64,000 bases of DNA from Octopus sinensis. Lineage: Eukaryota. Numbering within the stretch: the stretch's first letter is position 1; each line of letters opens with the position of its first letter. Below the pieces are notes generated by a model, which worked only from the letters and a program-made list of their open reading frames with translations, was not told the origin of the DNA and did not search any database. Shown piece by piece: positions 11,785 to 26,588 of the stretch. The stretch spans positions 108,128,001 to 108,192,000 of the forward strand of contig NC_043000.1 in assembly GCF_006345805.1 (NCBI RefSeq), written 5' to 3'. The position numbers and the translations under genes are program-made.

Positions 11785-13290
11785 CTTTTATTTTTTAATT
11801 ATTCTAAATCTTCCACTGAGGAGTGAGCCGGTTTCCAACAAAGATACAAGGCTTCATCTTTGGCATGTAGTTAACACAAATTCACATTTGGAACTTGAAA
11901 AAAGCCTTGCATATTTTTATTGTTCCACTCACAAATTACAATTGTAATATACGAATTAGCTGGTAACTTTCTCTTTCTGAAAATCCCAATTTATTCAGAT
12001 TGTCCTTGAAGCATTTACTAACAAAACCTAGTGCTCTAATTATTATTGATATGAGCATGAATTCATAATCTGGATATAGAAGCTGGAGGTTTCGATGCAG
12101 TTGTTCATAGATATCCTCTTTTTCTTTGATTTTCAAAGAGATATTTATATCTACAGGACTGCTAACCTCTATGATGGTACATAGCTTTGTCTCTCTATCC
12201 CAAACAACAATATCCGGTCTGTTATGCTTACATTTGACAGATGTTTTGATGGGAATATTCCACCAGTATTCTTTGAGTTGGCATTTATGAGTGTATTCCA
12301 TAATAAAATAGGGATTTTTAAAGTTTATTTCAGGACAGTCTTTTTGTAAATTGTTTTAGCAACAACATCGTGCCGCATAGGGAGGTAGTACCGTGACGGC
12401 AATTTGCGACAGCTGCTAATCACATGCGTAATGTCTTTCACAGAAACATGACATAGCCTACGCATGCAGTTGCACCTTGGGATTACAAGAGCGTCACTGT
12501 TTCTCTTGTTCACAAGGTACTTTGTGGCAATCTCCTGTCCCTGTATTGCAAACGCGTAGCCTTCAAAGTGTGGTATGATGTAGTGATCTTGTGTCCAAGA
12601 GAGGCGGCGCTCCGGGCAACATACCCATGCATGGTCTTTTTTTTTTTGTATGCTGAGTGCTTTCCATCCAGTTCTTCTCGGAGGTAAGAGAGCCCAGCTA
12701 TTTTGGGGGCTATATAAGAGATCATCAGGAAGAAAGTTTTTCTTGAGGAGTTCACTGCCAACTCGTAGAACGTTACTCACTTCACTTACCAGGATTGCAT
12801 TAATATATTTACTTTTGCTGCTGTTGTTTAGTAGGTGCTGACTGTGTGATATCATACGGCATTCGAAGGCCGTCTGCACTGATCTCAGGCCTCTACCACT
12901 TTCATTTCTTCTTAGGTAGAGCCCGTTAGCGTCATTGTTTCTATGGAAGTTCCCAGTTGTTATCAAGATTTTGCGGTTTTTGATATCTATGGAGTGGATT
13001 TTCTCTACAGAGCAATCAAGTATTCCAAATGTGAGATTCAGCACTAATACTGCAAGTGCATTGTGGGATATTGTTTTGTTCTAAGAGGAGAGTTCAGACT
13101 GCCATATTTTCCTATATCTGGTATAATATTATCGGGTCACTATCTTTATTCAGAGTGCCTTCATATGATACATTTTCGTCTATGCATACTTGTAACATTC
13201 TTTGTGTGGAATGGGGGAGATAGAGACAACTTAATGCTCTTCAACGCATGAAGAATGGGGACGTAAGAAAGTCGTCAAGTTTAGTCCGAA
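11785..13290 (-). mobile_element. R4/Dong-clade non-LTR retrotransposon 3' relic (RT C-terminus, CCHC knuckle, restriction-like endonuclease)
   Basis: KIWQSELSS, GLYLRRNESGRGL, CRLCHVSVKDITHVISSC (CCHC), RHDVVAKTIY, KHNRPDIVVWD...IIEVSSPVD (PD..D/E-xK RLE); stops and frameshifts. Confidence 0.88.
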
Positions 13291-14172
13291 CACTCTGTAG
13301 GTAGATATGTCAAAGTGCGTGTGAAGAAGTGTGTATGTGCGTTCTGTGTGTGTGTGTGAGTGTACGCGGCCGAATATGTTTCAGCACCTGCGCAGTCTAT
13401 GTCGTTACAATGTATGTATACACGTATGCAATTGTGCAAGCAACGTTCAAAATTAATATATATGCTAGAGTACTTTACTGTCTGTTGTCATCAGAGCCAA
13501 TAACAATCCTAATTAGTGATCAAGTTTGTTGCTAATTAATATCGCAGCTGCAAAATATTCAATTAAATATGATTCAATTACATTCGTATGAGGTTTTAAT
13601 CAAGCTGATTAGAATTTAATATACAAGTGTATATGTCGACATGTATATATATATATATATATTTCCTGCTATTACTTATCGGCAGTCAACATCATCAGCT
13701 CCTCATTTCATCGGACATTGGTTTTTCATACTAGATTCTTCTGCCTTATTAGTGGAGGGTTATTTTACCATTTTCATTAGTTCTGAATTTATGTGCGTTT
13801 TGGGTTCAAGCATGGCCTCAGTCAGATTACTGAAACAAGTAAAAGAATAAAAATATAAAAGTATGTATGTGTGTGTGTGTGCTTATACATGCTTATATAT
13901 GTCTATAAGTTATACAAGTATATATATACTTACATACAGCGATTGCAGGGTGGAAGACATAAGTTAGACATTTCAAACCATACAGTCAACGTCACGTAAA
14001 CATTTCATAGTATAATTTTAGCTGACGGTCTCAGATCAAAAACGCTTCCTCGGCAAGTATTTCTCCGTAAATGTGTTGTATGTATGTATGTATGTATGTA
14101 TGTATGTATGTATGCATGCATGCATGTATATATGTATGTGTGTGCATGCGTGTTTATATGTATATATATTTA

Positions 14173-14542
14173 GTGGAGGCGCAATGACCCAATGGTTAGG
14201 GCAGCAGACTCGCGGTTTCGATTGCCAGACCGGGCGTTGTGAGTGTTTATTGAGCGAAAACACATAAAGCTCCACGAGGTTCTGGCAGGGGGTGGTGGTG
14301 AACCCTCTTGTACTCTTTCACCACAACTTTCTCTCTCCCACTCTTTATTCCTGTTTCTTTTGTATTTGTATTTCAAAGGGCCAGCCTTGTCACAGTCTGT
14401 GTCACGCTGAATCTCCCCGAGCACTACGTTAAGGGTACGCGTGTCTGTGGAGTGCTCAGCCACTTGCACGTTAATTTCATGTGGCTGTTCCGTTGATCGG
14501 ATCAACTGGAACCCTCGTCGTCGTAACCGACGGAGTGCCACA
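14173..14542 (+). mobile_element. tRNA-derived SINE family C, near full length
   Basis: tRNA-like head ggcgcaatgacccaatggttaggg...ttcgattgcc; tail gtctgtggagtgctcagcc...gatcggatcaactggaaccc shared with 62845-63152. Confidence 0.75.
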
Positions 14543-14589
14543 ATATTTATACACACACACATATATATATATATACACACACACACATT

Positions 14590-14620
<31 letters not shown>

Positions 14621-14957
14621 ATGTGTGTGTATACTTAAAACGAGACACATGACGAGATGTAAACAGCACTGACGGATGCGACGTAACTAGCTGTAAAATA
14701 TCCCAACCGTAAGGGGCCGATGCAAGTTTGGTCGAAACGATTGTTCTGCTGAATGAAGATTCTTCCTAAGTCCATTTTCCATTTCTCTCATTCATTATAT
14801 ATATATGTATGTGTATGTATACATACACACTTGTACACACGCAGAGCCGCGCGCACACATGCACGCACGCACACACACACACACGCACACACACACACGC
14901 ATATCTACATATTAAAATTTCATCATACCTTTCTTTTGAAGTACTTAAGTTAAACAC

Positions 14958-14973
14958 CGTATTATTATTATTA

Positions 14974-15021
<48 letters not shown>

Positions 15022-15030
15022 CATTATTAC
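14958..15030. repeat. (TTA)n microsatellite
   Basis: Direct reading; a second (TTA)n tract lies at ~18245-18310. Confidence 0.95.
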
Positions 15031-15894
15031 ATTATAAGTTTCAAATTATAAATATGATAAAAATCTTCTTCAGAAATGAACCAGCTTTCAATATTTAATC
15101 TAAAAATAACAGAAAAGAAACCGAAACAAATGCTTAGTCTGAACATCACAAATTATAATCCGAAAATATATAACTATATTGACCGTAAATTTTTTTCCAG
15201 CACCAGACATCATCTTATGATTATATATTCATTTAAATCTTTAATAATAACACTTCAATAAACCAGTTATCAAACACGCTAGTTCATCTCAACAGCTCAT
15301 GACATGAATATGTATTTAATATCGGTATTAAACTTTAATTCTGGAAATGTCCACACGTTAACTTTATACATAGGTTTTTTTTAAACTTTTACTTTACATA
15401 TGAAATTTCTAAAAACTTCACAAATCAGGAGGTTATCTAAGCACGTAACCATTGACCTAAAGTGTATAATCTCTTAGTTTTTAATAAAATATTTTCTCCT
15501 GTCATCACATCTTTTTGATTTATCAATCTTACTCTGTGTGTGTGTTTTAGGCGTGTTTGTGTGTGACTGTGTGCGTGTTTGTGTGAGCGTCTGTGCGTGT
15601 ATGTGTGTGTATGTATGTACATACATACATACATACATACATACATACATACATACATACATACATACGTACATACATACATACATACATACATACATGC
15701 CTGCAGTGCATACATGTATAGATAAATACGTCACGATTGCTCCATCTTCAAAGATGATTACAGTATCTTTGTCTTCTCTCGCTGTCTTTCTTCCTTGTCA
15801 ATGGTATTCCTGTGGTACAAACTTTAAATCTAGGCTATATAATTATCTTCATTTAATTATCTTTAAAGCCATGTATTTATTCTATAAATATATA

Positions 15895-16165
15895 TTTTTG
15901 CCGAACCGCTAAGTTGCGGGGACGTAGCGGTGGAGGGGACCATTACAGGCATAAAGGCACACACACGCTTACAACTCCCGCACACACATATATACATACA
16001 TATATACGACGAGCTTCTTCCAATATCCGTTTACCAAATTCACTCACAAGGCTTTTGTCTGTCCCAAAGCTATAGTAAAAAACACCTGCGTAAAGTGTCA
16101 TGGAGTGTGATTGAATCCGGAACCATGTGGTTGGAAAGCAAGCTTCTCACCACACAGCCATATGA
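15895..16165 (-). mobile_element. SINE family A, partial
   Basis: gccgaaccgctaagt...cactcacaaggc...ggaaccatgtggttgg matches the family consensus within this window. Confidence 0.8.
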
Positions 16166-18244
16166 CATTTAATATGCATTGTCACATTGTAATACAAGTA
16201 TTGATATATCGCTTATATTTGTGTTGTTTTTTTCTATATCCACCACTACATCATTAAAGAAACAAACAATAATATAAGCAAAAACAGCAGCAGTAGCAGT
16301 GTATGTCATTCCAGAGACATTCTTTAATTCTGTTATTTCATTTCTGGTTTCAATCATTGGACTATGGCCTTACTAGGGCTCCACCTTCTAAGTTGTAGCC
16401 AGTTACATTAAACCTCAATACTTTTATTGTATGATATGTTCCGAATTTATCGATATCAAAACAATGAAAAGTAAAATGAACTTCAATTGAACTTGAACAG
16501 AACATGGTCCTGATAAAATACTGTATGCTATTTTGTCCTACAGTGTTCTACCGGTTCTGTCAAAATAAGCAAAGCTACTGGGAATAATTTTATTGAAGTC
16601 CAGCGATTATTCCTCATCTGAATATAATATCGATAGATTTAGATATATATTTTATAACCCTGTCAGTTACAGTGGGCTTGTTTAGGTTGAAATATACAGT
16701 ATGAGCAAACCTTAATTGAGACTGGATATACTTTTAGGTGAGGGCAACTATGAAGAATCACTAATTATCTTAAAAGAAATATTTACTAAACAAGAAAGAA
16801 CAAGTGAAATAGTAGACGAATCTCCTCGAAATCATACCCTGCTAACATAAACTTGAAAGTCAATTTTGGCAGAATTTGAAATTACTAGCCAGAGAGTAAT
16901 GCAAGTTTTATTTGCATTACCATCTGATCCACAGTTGTACAAAGCAACGTTAATGAATATCGGCGGACAGTGAGTCGAACCTCATGCCGTTTCTACTACT
17001 CTATTGTACTCGCGTTCTTTAATATTAATTTATATTATTGGCACAAAGCTATTCAATTTTGGGAATAGATATAGTCTACTTTTAACTGGTACTCATTTTA
17101 TCGAATCGGATTGATTTGTCTTAACAATGCCTTAACTATTTCGCCATCCACCATTTTTGATATTATTACAGTAAATTATATCGCACCAGTAGATTGCTGG
17201 TAGATACACTGTGTATACACATCTGCATCAAATTCTGTTACCGCTGTCTATCAAATAATACCAGAAAGGTAGAATGAAAAGGAAATGAAATATTTCTCAG
17301 TACTTTCTTCGCAGCTTTGCTGGCTTTACTATATCCTGCCTTTCTGCATGTTAATATCAGAAATATCATTATTTGATTATCTACGGATAAGTTACCTTCT
17401 GATTTTGTTTGGGTATTTTTTTCTAATCTCCCTTAGCATTTGTCTTTTTATTTATTTTTTAGATTAAAACTGCCTGAAGAGCGTCGTTACTTATAATATA
17501 ATTCAATTCATTTATAATTCTTTAGTTACTATTGTACCTTTGCAAAGTGTCTTTGCACTTTTAAGTCCCATATATCGAATTTGTCTTTTTTCTTTTCAAG
17601 TAATTTAATAAAATTATTACCAGAGAGGATACTATACATAACGTAATCTGTATGACGCTTTAGATACGATACTATTTCTATGTGTATTATAAACTCGCAG
17701 CTGCATCGGTCCATGGAGCCAAACGGTCAATTGGCCATACATTGTTACTAAAGTAATTACATCTGTTTATGTAAAGAAACTTCAATTGTGTAGGGTCCAT
17801 ATCGTTTAAAACCTGACTAGAGTTGGTAGGCGTTCAATTTACGAGGTGAACATTAACTTCTAGTGCAGTGTTTTACTGAAGCAGAAATATTTTAGAGAAA
17901 TTAGCTATTCCAGGCGTAGTGCACTTATTCATTCTAAGTACTTTACGAAACCCATTAGGTATTCGTCCACGTGGAATGTAAGATCTAGTCAACGTTATAT
18001 TTTGAATTTCATTTTGAAACTCAGCAGCTGGGTGATTGGTTTAAAAGTATTTTCTATTATCATCACGGTTATTATTTTCATTTTCCATACTTATTTTCCA
18101 TTACATATATTATTAACGACGCTGTTAATAATATAGCATATATAATTAACGTTGATGCTATTAACATGTATTATTAACGTTCTTGTTAATGATACAAGGT
18201 ATGTTATTAACATTTTATTTTTAATATTATGACATATATTATTA

Positions 18245-18310
<66 letters not shown>

Positions 18311-20174
18311 AACGTTTATTATTCATGTTGTAGTTAATATCATAACATATGTTATCAACGTTGATAACTGAAGACTGACTTACTTTTTACGATGGTAAAT
18401 GCAGAGTAAAAAAGAAAGCACGATACGATATGTAATGAATACAGATTCACTCTGCTTATTAAAACGAATAGTATTTTGAGAGAATGTCTGTCTTTTGCAG
18501 GTTCCAAACGAAAGATACGCAGAAATACTGCTATAATTACGCGTGAAAGTTTGACGTCCATTCCTAATTGTAGGTAGTGTCATTTGCGATTTTATTTAAT
18601 CGTAATCCATTATGACAGTGTTTGACATAATGGCGCATAAGGTCATTTGCATGTTCCCAATAATACTCTATGTTAGAGGTATTATAATATGTTTTATTAT
18701 ATGTTATTCTGTAATTAGAATACTTGATTAGGGATTTAGATGTCATCATTATCCGTGTCTCAAATCTTGTCACAAAGCAGTAGCAAAATTTACTGCCACG
18801 TGTTTACCCATAGAACATTCATTCACATAGTGGTTACATAATTTATTGTGTTACTTTCTCACACAAAATTCAATAATTTACTGAGACAAATACTTTAGTT
18901 TGATCATTTTTCGTAGATATTCAGGCACGCTGCCATACAACTCACCATGACCAATGTTTGGGTATAGTGATGAAACATGTATTCCGGCGCGTTTTTCTAG
19001 TTTTCCTTTTGAGACATTCCATCATCTAACTTATTTGGGCTTTCATCAAAGAGCTCTCTTCTCTAATACTAATTATGGTTTTCTTGCTTGTTTAGTGTAT
19101 ATCCTTATTCGTCCTTAGTGGTTGTGTATTCGTCCTTAGACGTTGTGGCAAAGACAACATTGTTCATATGCTATTTTCAAACTATACGTTTTATATTGAC
19201 ATAGGCTCTGCAATGGATTTTTCTTTACTTATTGTGATATATTCCTCGGTGTACTGCCACATTATACATTACAAATCTTGTTTGTGGCTGTTACTCCACT
19301 TAAGCTTGAGTCATCATACCTTGAAGATATATTTGTCTCGTATTCGATTTCCACTGCGAAATGGTTAGTTTAGCAGAAGTTCTCCATTTCAAGCATTAGA
19401 ATTCTCATTTAAATAATTCATACTAGTTATTGGTGTAACTATAAATTTTTAACAGAAATCTAACTCACTTTAGTGGGAAATATATTTTTTGCTTGATTGA
19501 AAAAATAATTGGCTGTATCAGATTTCCTAGCAGCATTGAAAAGTTTTTAATTTATAATTGTAACAAAAATGAAGAGAAAAAAATGAAGTATTAATATTTC
19601 CCTTCGCGAAATCCATTATAGCACATATTTGCTCCACCATTTTTCAGATTCAATGAACAGCTAGTGAATGTGCAGTTTATGGTTTGGTTCATAAGGTTAT
19701 TTAATAAATTCCAGAACTGAAATCTGTTAAATTTAATTAATTTGTGTTCTCATCCAATATTTATTTTGTTTAGTACCTGGTCCGTTTTAAAATCCATAAT
19801 GGCTGACTTAGTACATCAGCCATTTTATAATCACAACTAGTTATCTTAGTACCTGAGCTGTTCTAAAGTCAGTAATGTGTATCTCATTAACCAAAAATGC
19901 TTTAACGATTACTCAGAAATTGCTTCAAAGTCCTCAGTATTGTTATCTATTTTCATAGGATTGTAATACTATACAAACATAGAAGAGCACGAGCTGTAAT
20001 ATTCTATCCCGAAGAAATCCTTAGAAAAGACTTTTTGTGTTGGAACACAGGGTTTCTCTCAGATGCAAGTTGGTTGCCAGGCTCCTGATTTGGTCTTCTC
20101 GGTGCCAAATATTCCAGGACTACCGATATTCTCAACAACGCCTGTTTCAATTGTTTATATTAATTGTAACACTG

Positions 20175-20403
20175 TACAATATTCCCTCGCCACATCGCGG
20201 TTCACCTATCGCGGTCCACCTATAGCGCTTTATTATTTAAGCTTACCTCCGTGGTGTTGTTTTGCATTTATAATAAAGCAAATATATATATATTATAAAA
20301 ATAATAAAACAACTCAGTAGAATACTACTTCTACTTCGTAGATTTTCAACTATCAAGTGGGTTTTTGAAACGTAACAACCGCGATAGTTGAGGGATTACT
20401 GTA
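20175..20403. mobile_element. pogo/Tigger-like MITE
   Basis: TA-flanked TIRs caatattccctcgccacatcgcggtt / aaccgcgatagttgagggattactg. Confidence 0.65.
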
Positions 20404-20504
20404 TTTCTTTTCTTTCAGATATCACGGACTGCATGTAAATATATACCTACACAAGGATTCTATTGTTTTCCTATATATATTAGGACTATCATCCCATTAA
20501 TATG

Positions 20505-20675
20505 AATATTTATTGTTTCAGTCATTTGACTGTGGCCATATTGGGGCTTGCTTTGAAGGTTCTTAGTCGTACAAGCCGACCCTAGGACTTATTTTCTATT
20601 TGACCTAGCCGCTAAGTTACGGGAACATAAGCACCAGTTGTGAAGCGGTGCTGAGGAACAAACAGAGACACAAAG

Positions 20676-20738
<63 letters not shown>

Positions 20739-20903
20739 CGACCGGGCTCTTTCAGTTTCCGTCTACCAAGTCCACTCACAAGGCTTTGGCCGGTCCGAGG
20801 TTGTGGTAGAAGACATTTACCTAAGGTGCCATGCAGTGGGACTGAACTTGGAATCATGTGATTGGGAATCAAGCTTCTTACTACACAACCACGCTTGCAC
20901 CTC
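20505..20903 (-). mobile_element. SINE family A, near full length
   Basis: Tail tttcagtcatttgactg, internal (TA)n, body cactcacaaggctttggc, head gactgaacttggaatcatgtg. Confidence 0.85.
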
Positions 20904-22064
20904 AATATTTGTCAAAGTGAAATACTTAATTCTTTCTAAAACAATATTTCACATTCACTAATCATTTTGTTGAAGTGTATTTTATAATTTTTTTAGCTCT
21001 ACGCCATCAAGAATAATAATTGTTTCAAAGGTGGCCAAACTGCAAGCAATTTTAGATGAAAAGCACAGTCGAACTCGTTAACATTTGTGGTCTAAATATA
21101 TGGCTTTTAAATGCAGTATATATATGATGTATACGAGTTCGATAACGACTTTATCGACCTATCGATTGAGACTATATATAAACCGTATATTTGGAGTTCG
21201 ATGGAGACAATGTTGACCCATCGATGGAGACTATCGATGAAGAGGGTCGATGGCCATTCACAAGTGATTGATAGAAAGCTTTTCGGGAGAGGCAAAGCTA
21301 TGTTACTTTCTTTCCTCTACGGTCCTGGATATATTTCTCGTGCATAGATGCACTGGTCTTCGTAACAAACCTCTGCCATGACTTCTCGAGCCAAACTGTC
21401 TTGTACTTATGGCTCACCACGCTAGTAAATTCTTAAAATTTTTTTGTATCTGAACTTGTGTACGACGAGGTACTAATGTCTGCGTTTAAAAATATGCTAG
21501 TCAGTTTGACTGTCATATTCTTGACTGGTTTGGGGGAAAACCTGAAGCGGGGAAGGGAAAGACGACTTGTAACAAATGCATTAATAGTAATCTCTTCCTA
21601 CTATGATGTCAGTGGATGTCATATTCACCAATAATTTTTAGAAATTGTTTGACGGTAAACATTTTTAGATGTAAACTATATTTCTTCCTCGAAACGGAAA
21701 AAAACTCGAGATAACGGGTTCATAAAAGACACAGACACAAACACACATATACATACGCGTGCGTGCACACATACACACATTCTTGCATACGCACATACAC
21801 GTGAGCGTGCATATATACACACACTCGCACACACACACCACACACACACACACAGGCACACTCACACACTCACTCACACAAGCACACACACACAGACATA
21901 GACACATACACACACAAGTGTGCGCACAGAAGACCATACAATGGGGATAGTTATCCGATAATTGTTCACAAACTAACGAGCTTCCCAAAAGAACGTCCAT
22001 CACTAACAGTAAAGTTACAAAAACAAAACAAAAAAATTATTATTGCTATGATTCGTTCCTTTAC

Positions 22065-22067
<3 letters not shown>

Positions 22068-22112
<45 letters not shown>

Positions 22113-22137
22113 TCATCATCATCATCATCATCATCAT
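22068..22137. repeat. (ATC)n microsatellite
   Basis: Direct reading. Confidence 0.95.
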
Positions 22138-22556
22138 TTTTATCATGTAGTTATATTGGATAACCATTACATCATTAAAAAAGGGGGAATGTAAATTGAG
22201 CCAGATGGTGTTGATTGCGCAATTTCATTTTTTACTTTATTAGCTTGCATAATTTTACCTGCTCCTGACATAAAATTGATTATCAGCGATTTGCATAAAA
22301 GTTCATTAAGCATTTTGACAATACCAAACCTAAAAAAGATATAATGCCTCTCATCAGGGTAATTACAGAACAAGAGTATGCGAGGATATAAGTAGCTAAC
22401 AGTAACAGATGGTGTTATGTCACGATATGTCTAGAAACGAAATTTTAACGAAAAGATACAAGCGTTAACCATTGGTGTTTATTCGTGGTGGAGTACATCC
22501 AAATATAACAATATATATATGTTTATATATACACATACATACATCCATATACATAC

Positions 22557-22587
<31 letters not shown>

Positions 22588-22692
22588 ATATCTATATATA
22601 TATATATATATTATATTATATATATATATTATGTTTCTTTATTAGCCACACAGGGCTACACAAAGACGGGACAAATTACAAGTATATATATG

Positions 22693-22749
<57 letters not shown>

Positions 22750-22942
22750 TATATATATGCAGAAATAAAGTACACCGAATATGCATAATTTTTTTTTAGA
22801 TCTCATTAAAAAATATATAGACTCTGTGTATTTTCCATCGTCTTGTTTTTCACTTCTGTTGACTACGTGGGGGAAGAATCATTCCAAAGTTTTTTTACAA
22901 TATACTCTATCTCTCTTTATATTTTAACTATATATGTATATA

Positions 22943-23026
<84 letters not shown>

Positions 23027-23868
23027 CCATATATTTTTCTATAAAATTTCGTTTACAGACACTGCTGGTCGTGATGTGTGGTGTCTGTGCATGTGCATTT
23101 GTGCTTGTGCGTCAATATATTAGCTAGGGTCTGGAAGCAATGCAGAAGTGCTCTTATATTATTGACGCATATTTAATTTACTTACTCGTTTGAATGAGCA
23201 CTAGAGAGGTAGAAGAGATATTAAAATTATTTCTCAAGTCTCATATTTCTAGTAGTCATTAAATTATTTTGTCTCTTCAAGTAAAGTAAAGACAAATAGA
23301 AAATAATAAACTATAAATCTGACATACGTTCTCTGTCGTTCTGAACAACACACCAAACTGTCGCAACATTAATTCCTTTTGCTTTATAATCAAGGTTAAT
23401 GAGAGCTGAGTCAATAAACGAATTGCTAATTGATCGGTAATCGTAGAACAGCTACGTGATTTATAATATCCAGATGGAATCGTTTTGATCTAGTAGGATA
23501 AAACAGTCAAGTGTATGTTGGAGCATTATCAAAAGTATTACTGTTTTTCCTATTTCTAATATTAGGTCACCACTGATGGCATTTATATCTTTGTTCAGCA
23601 TGTCAGTAACAGAAGGCCAGCGGTAGCTCTTAGTATCTCGTTTCTTACATTATATTGATCTCTGTGGAATCTATTAATGATGCAGTAAAGAGAATCAGCG
23701 GTAGCTCTTTCCCATATTTATGAACTGTTTACCTCTTTTCAATACCTATATCAGTCTACCTATCTCTTTGTCTGTCTATCTTTCTGTCTGTATGTCTCTC
23801 TGTGTTACTTTCGATCTGTATCTATCTACCTATCTATCTATCTGTCTCTCTTTGTTACTTTCGATCTG

Positions 23869-23967
<99 letters not shown>

Positions 23968-24023
23968 ATATATATATATATATATATACATATATCTGTC
24001 TGTCTGTCTCTCTGCCTGCCTGC

Positions 24024-24054
<31 letters not shown>

Positions 24055-24085
24055 TCTAGCTAGCTAGCTGTCTGTCTGTCTATCC

Positions 24086-24131
<46 letters not shown>

Positions 24132-24274
24132 GTTTGTTTGTTTCTTTCTTTCTTTCTATACACATATACATACATACACACACACATACACACATGCATG
24201 CATGCATACATACATACATACATACATACATACATACATACATACATACATACATACATACATACATACATAAA

Positions 24275-24483
24275 CACGAGTGATTGCTGAAAAGTTCCTG
24301 GCTCTAAGGGTATCGCGAAGGGCCTGGTTGGACGTCCGATCTTCCGAGTTCTTTTACACGGCTTAGAAACACTGAGGTACCGCTGCAAAAATTGTATGAA
24401 TCTACGTTGAATAAATTTATTAACTGATCCACCTGTATTTTCTTTTAACCCAAATGCCAGGGACTTTTCAGCACACCCTCGTA
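24275..24483 (+). mobile_element. Mariner-derived MITE
   Basis: TIRs cgagtgattgctgaaaagttcctggc / gccagggacttttcagcacaccctcgta; interior resembles a mariner transposase C-terminus (FFY..LETLRYRCKNCMNL). Confidence 0.75.
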
Positions 24484-25290
24484 CACACACAGCCATACAT
24501 ATATACATACTTACATACATGCATGTATGCATGCATATATAAATACATACTTACATATATTATCATACATGCTAGAATATTATGCATCGTATGGCGAAGT
24601 AAATTGGAAACAATACTATTTAACCACCAAGGGTAATAGCAGGAAATACAGTCTACATGCAATGATTATATTTTAGATTTTATTGGATTTCTTGGTGTTA
24701 ATAAAAAATTATAATACTTATCACCTTAACATAAATTAACATAAATTAACATTAAAGAAACGATTCTAAAATGTCAAAAAGAAAAAAGAATTGAAATAAT
24801 ATTACAATCTGTGTTGATTTAATATTGTGGACAAACACGCACACACACGTCCTTTCTCTTTCTTTCTTCCTCACCCTTTTCTCTCTATATGTATATGCAT
24901 GTATATATCTATGTATGTAAGTATGCATGCATATATATGGCTAATTCGCAATTGTGCCAATTAAGGGCAGAAATATATACGTCACTAAAGTGACAAAGGG
25001 TGCTAAACAGTACCAGTATTGACAGAAATAAGGGTGAAAACAATTGAATAGCCACCGAAAATACCATACACTGCATCATGTTGCCATGATTGACGGCTAA
25101 CTCCAAAAGCTTTTTTTAAATTATTATTCTCTCTCTGTTTAGTTCCTCGAGTTTCTTTCTGTTGAAAAGCGTAGGCTCAAAATGTAAAAGACATTCTCAC
25201 CTGCCGAAGCGTCAAACTAAAACACCTACTTGTTTTATTACACCTGCTTTCGTCTTCTGTTTTCCTGTAAATTTAAACTATATATATATA

Positions 25291-25688
25291 CTAGCAGTAT
25301 CGCCCGGCGTTGCTCGGGTTTGTAAGGGAAATAACTATATAATCATTTTTAGAGATGTAAAGTATAATAGCCATCTCAATATGGCTAACCACAAGGGGGG
25401 GGGGGGTGTTACTGTAGCTTTTTACGTTCTGAGATTTAATAATAAATTTTTAGAGAGTTACTTCCCTTATATATGCCAAAAATGCATTAAAAATGGGAAA
25501 AATTGATGATAATTTTTTTTTAAATCGTAGACTCATCGTAGACGCGCGCTAATACCCAGAAGGGCTCGATATGAATCACGACTACAAGATACCCGGTTTT
25601 GGTTAAACTGCACCGCAAAATGTGGGAGTAGTTAGGAATCTAAATCGTAGGAGACAGACAGCACACAACCTCACTTTTATATATAAAG

Positions 25689-25689
<1 letters not shown>
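25291..25689 (-). mobile_element. Non-autonomous Helitron (399 bp)
   Basis: Minus strand A|TCTTTATATATAAAAG 5' end; 3' hairpin cccgagcaacgccggg then atactgCTAG|T; AT target; no TSD. Confidence 0.85.
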
Positions 25690-25765
<76 letters not shown>

Positions 25766-26299
25766 TGTGTGTGTGTTACTATACTACAGGGTAGCGAGAA
25801 TTGGGTACTGAATCCAGAAATTTTATAACGGTTAGAAGGAATTGAGGGAAGTATGATTTGCAGGGTATGTAACGTTATGGTGCACTGACCAGAAGATACG
25901 CTTGAGCTGAGACAAACACTGGATGTAAGAGTAAAGATTTGTAGCATGTAAGGAAAAAATGCTTGTTGGTATAGACACATACTGCATGCAAATTATAACA
26001 GATGGGTAAAAATGAGCCAGAGGATTCAGAATGCAGGAATCAATTTTCAAGATGCTGAAATTTTCTCTGCGAGCACACATCACTGAGCAGACCCCCAAAA
26101 GATGCAAATTCATCTGCCGCAACCGGGACTATTTGTCGTCTCACTCGTATATACATTGGATTTCTAAACGCACCGTATCGTCGGAGGTTTTATTTCGGAT
26201 GAAGACCGCAGCATATTACCTGTTAATAGTATATATATATCTATTAAGTATGATACGCACATGTCTCTCTCACTCCCTCACTCTCTCTCTCTATCCCTA

Positions 26300-26532
26300 T
26301 ACTCTCTTTACTCTTTTACTTATTTCAGTCATTTGACTGCGGCCATGCTGGAGCAACACCTTTAGTCGAACAAATCGACACCAGGACTTATTCTTTATAA
26401 GCCTAGTACGTATTCTATCGGTATATTTTGCCAAACCGCTAAGTTACGAGGACGTAAACACACCGGCACCGGTTGTCAAGCGATGTTTGGGGGACAAACA
26501 CTGACACACAACCACACACATACACACACACA

Positions 26533-26588
<56 letters not shown>

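Noticed and set aside
14645-14755. Hammerhead-like ctgacgg...ggtcgaaacgattgtt
   Set aside because: Core is mutated and stems I and III cannot be set in a consistent register.
18501-18573. Possible 73-nt exon (ttttgcag acceptor, open frame SKRKIRRNTAIITRESLTSIPNC)
   Set aside because: Weak donor (GTAGTG) and no recognisable homology; cannot be supported without RNA data.
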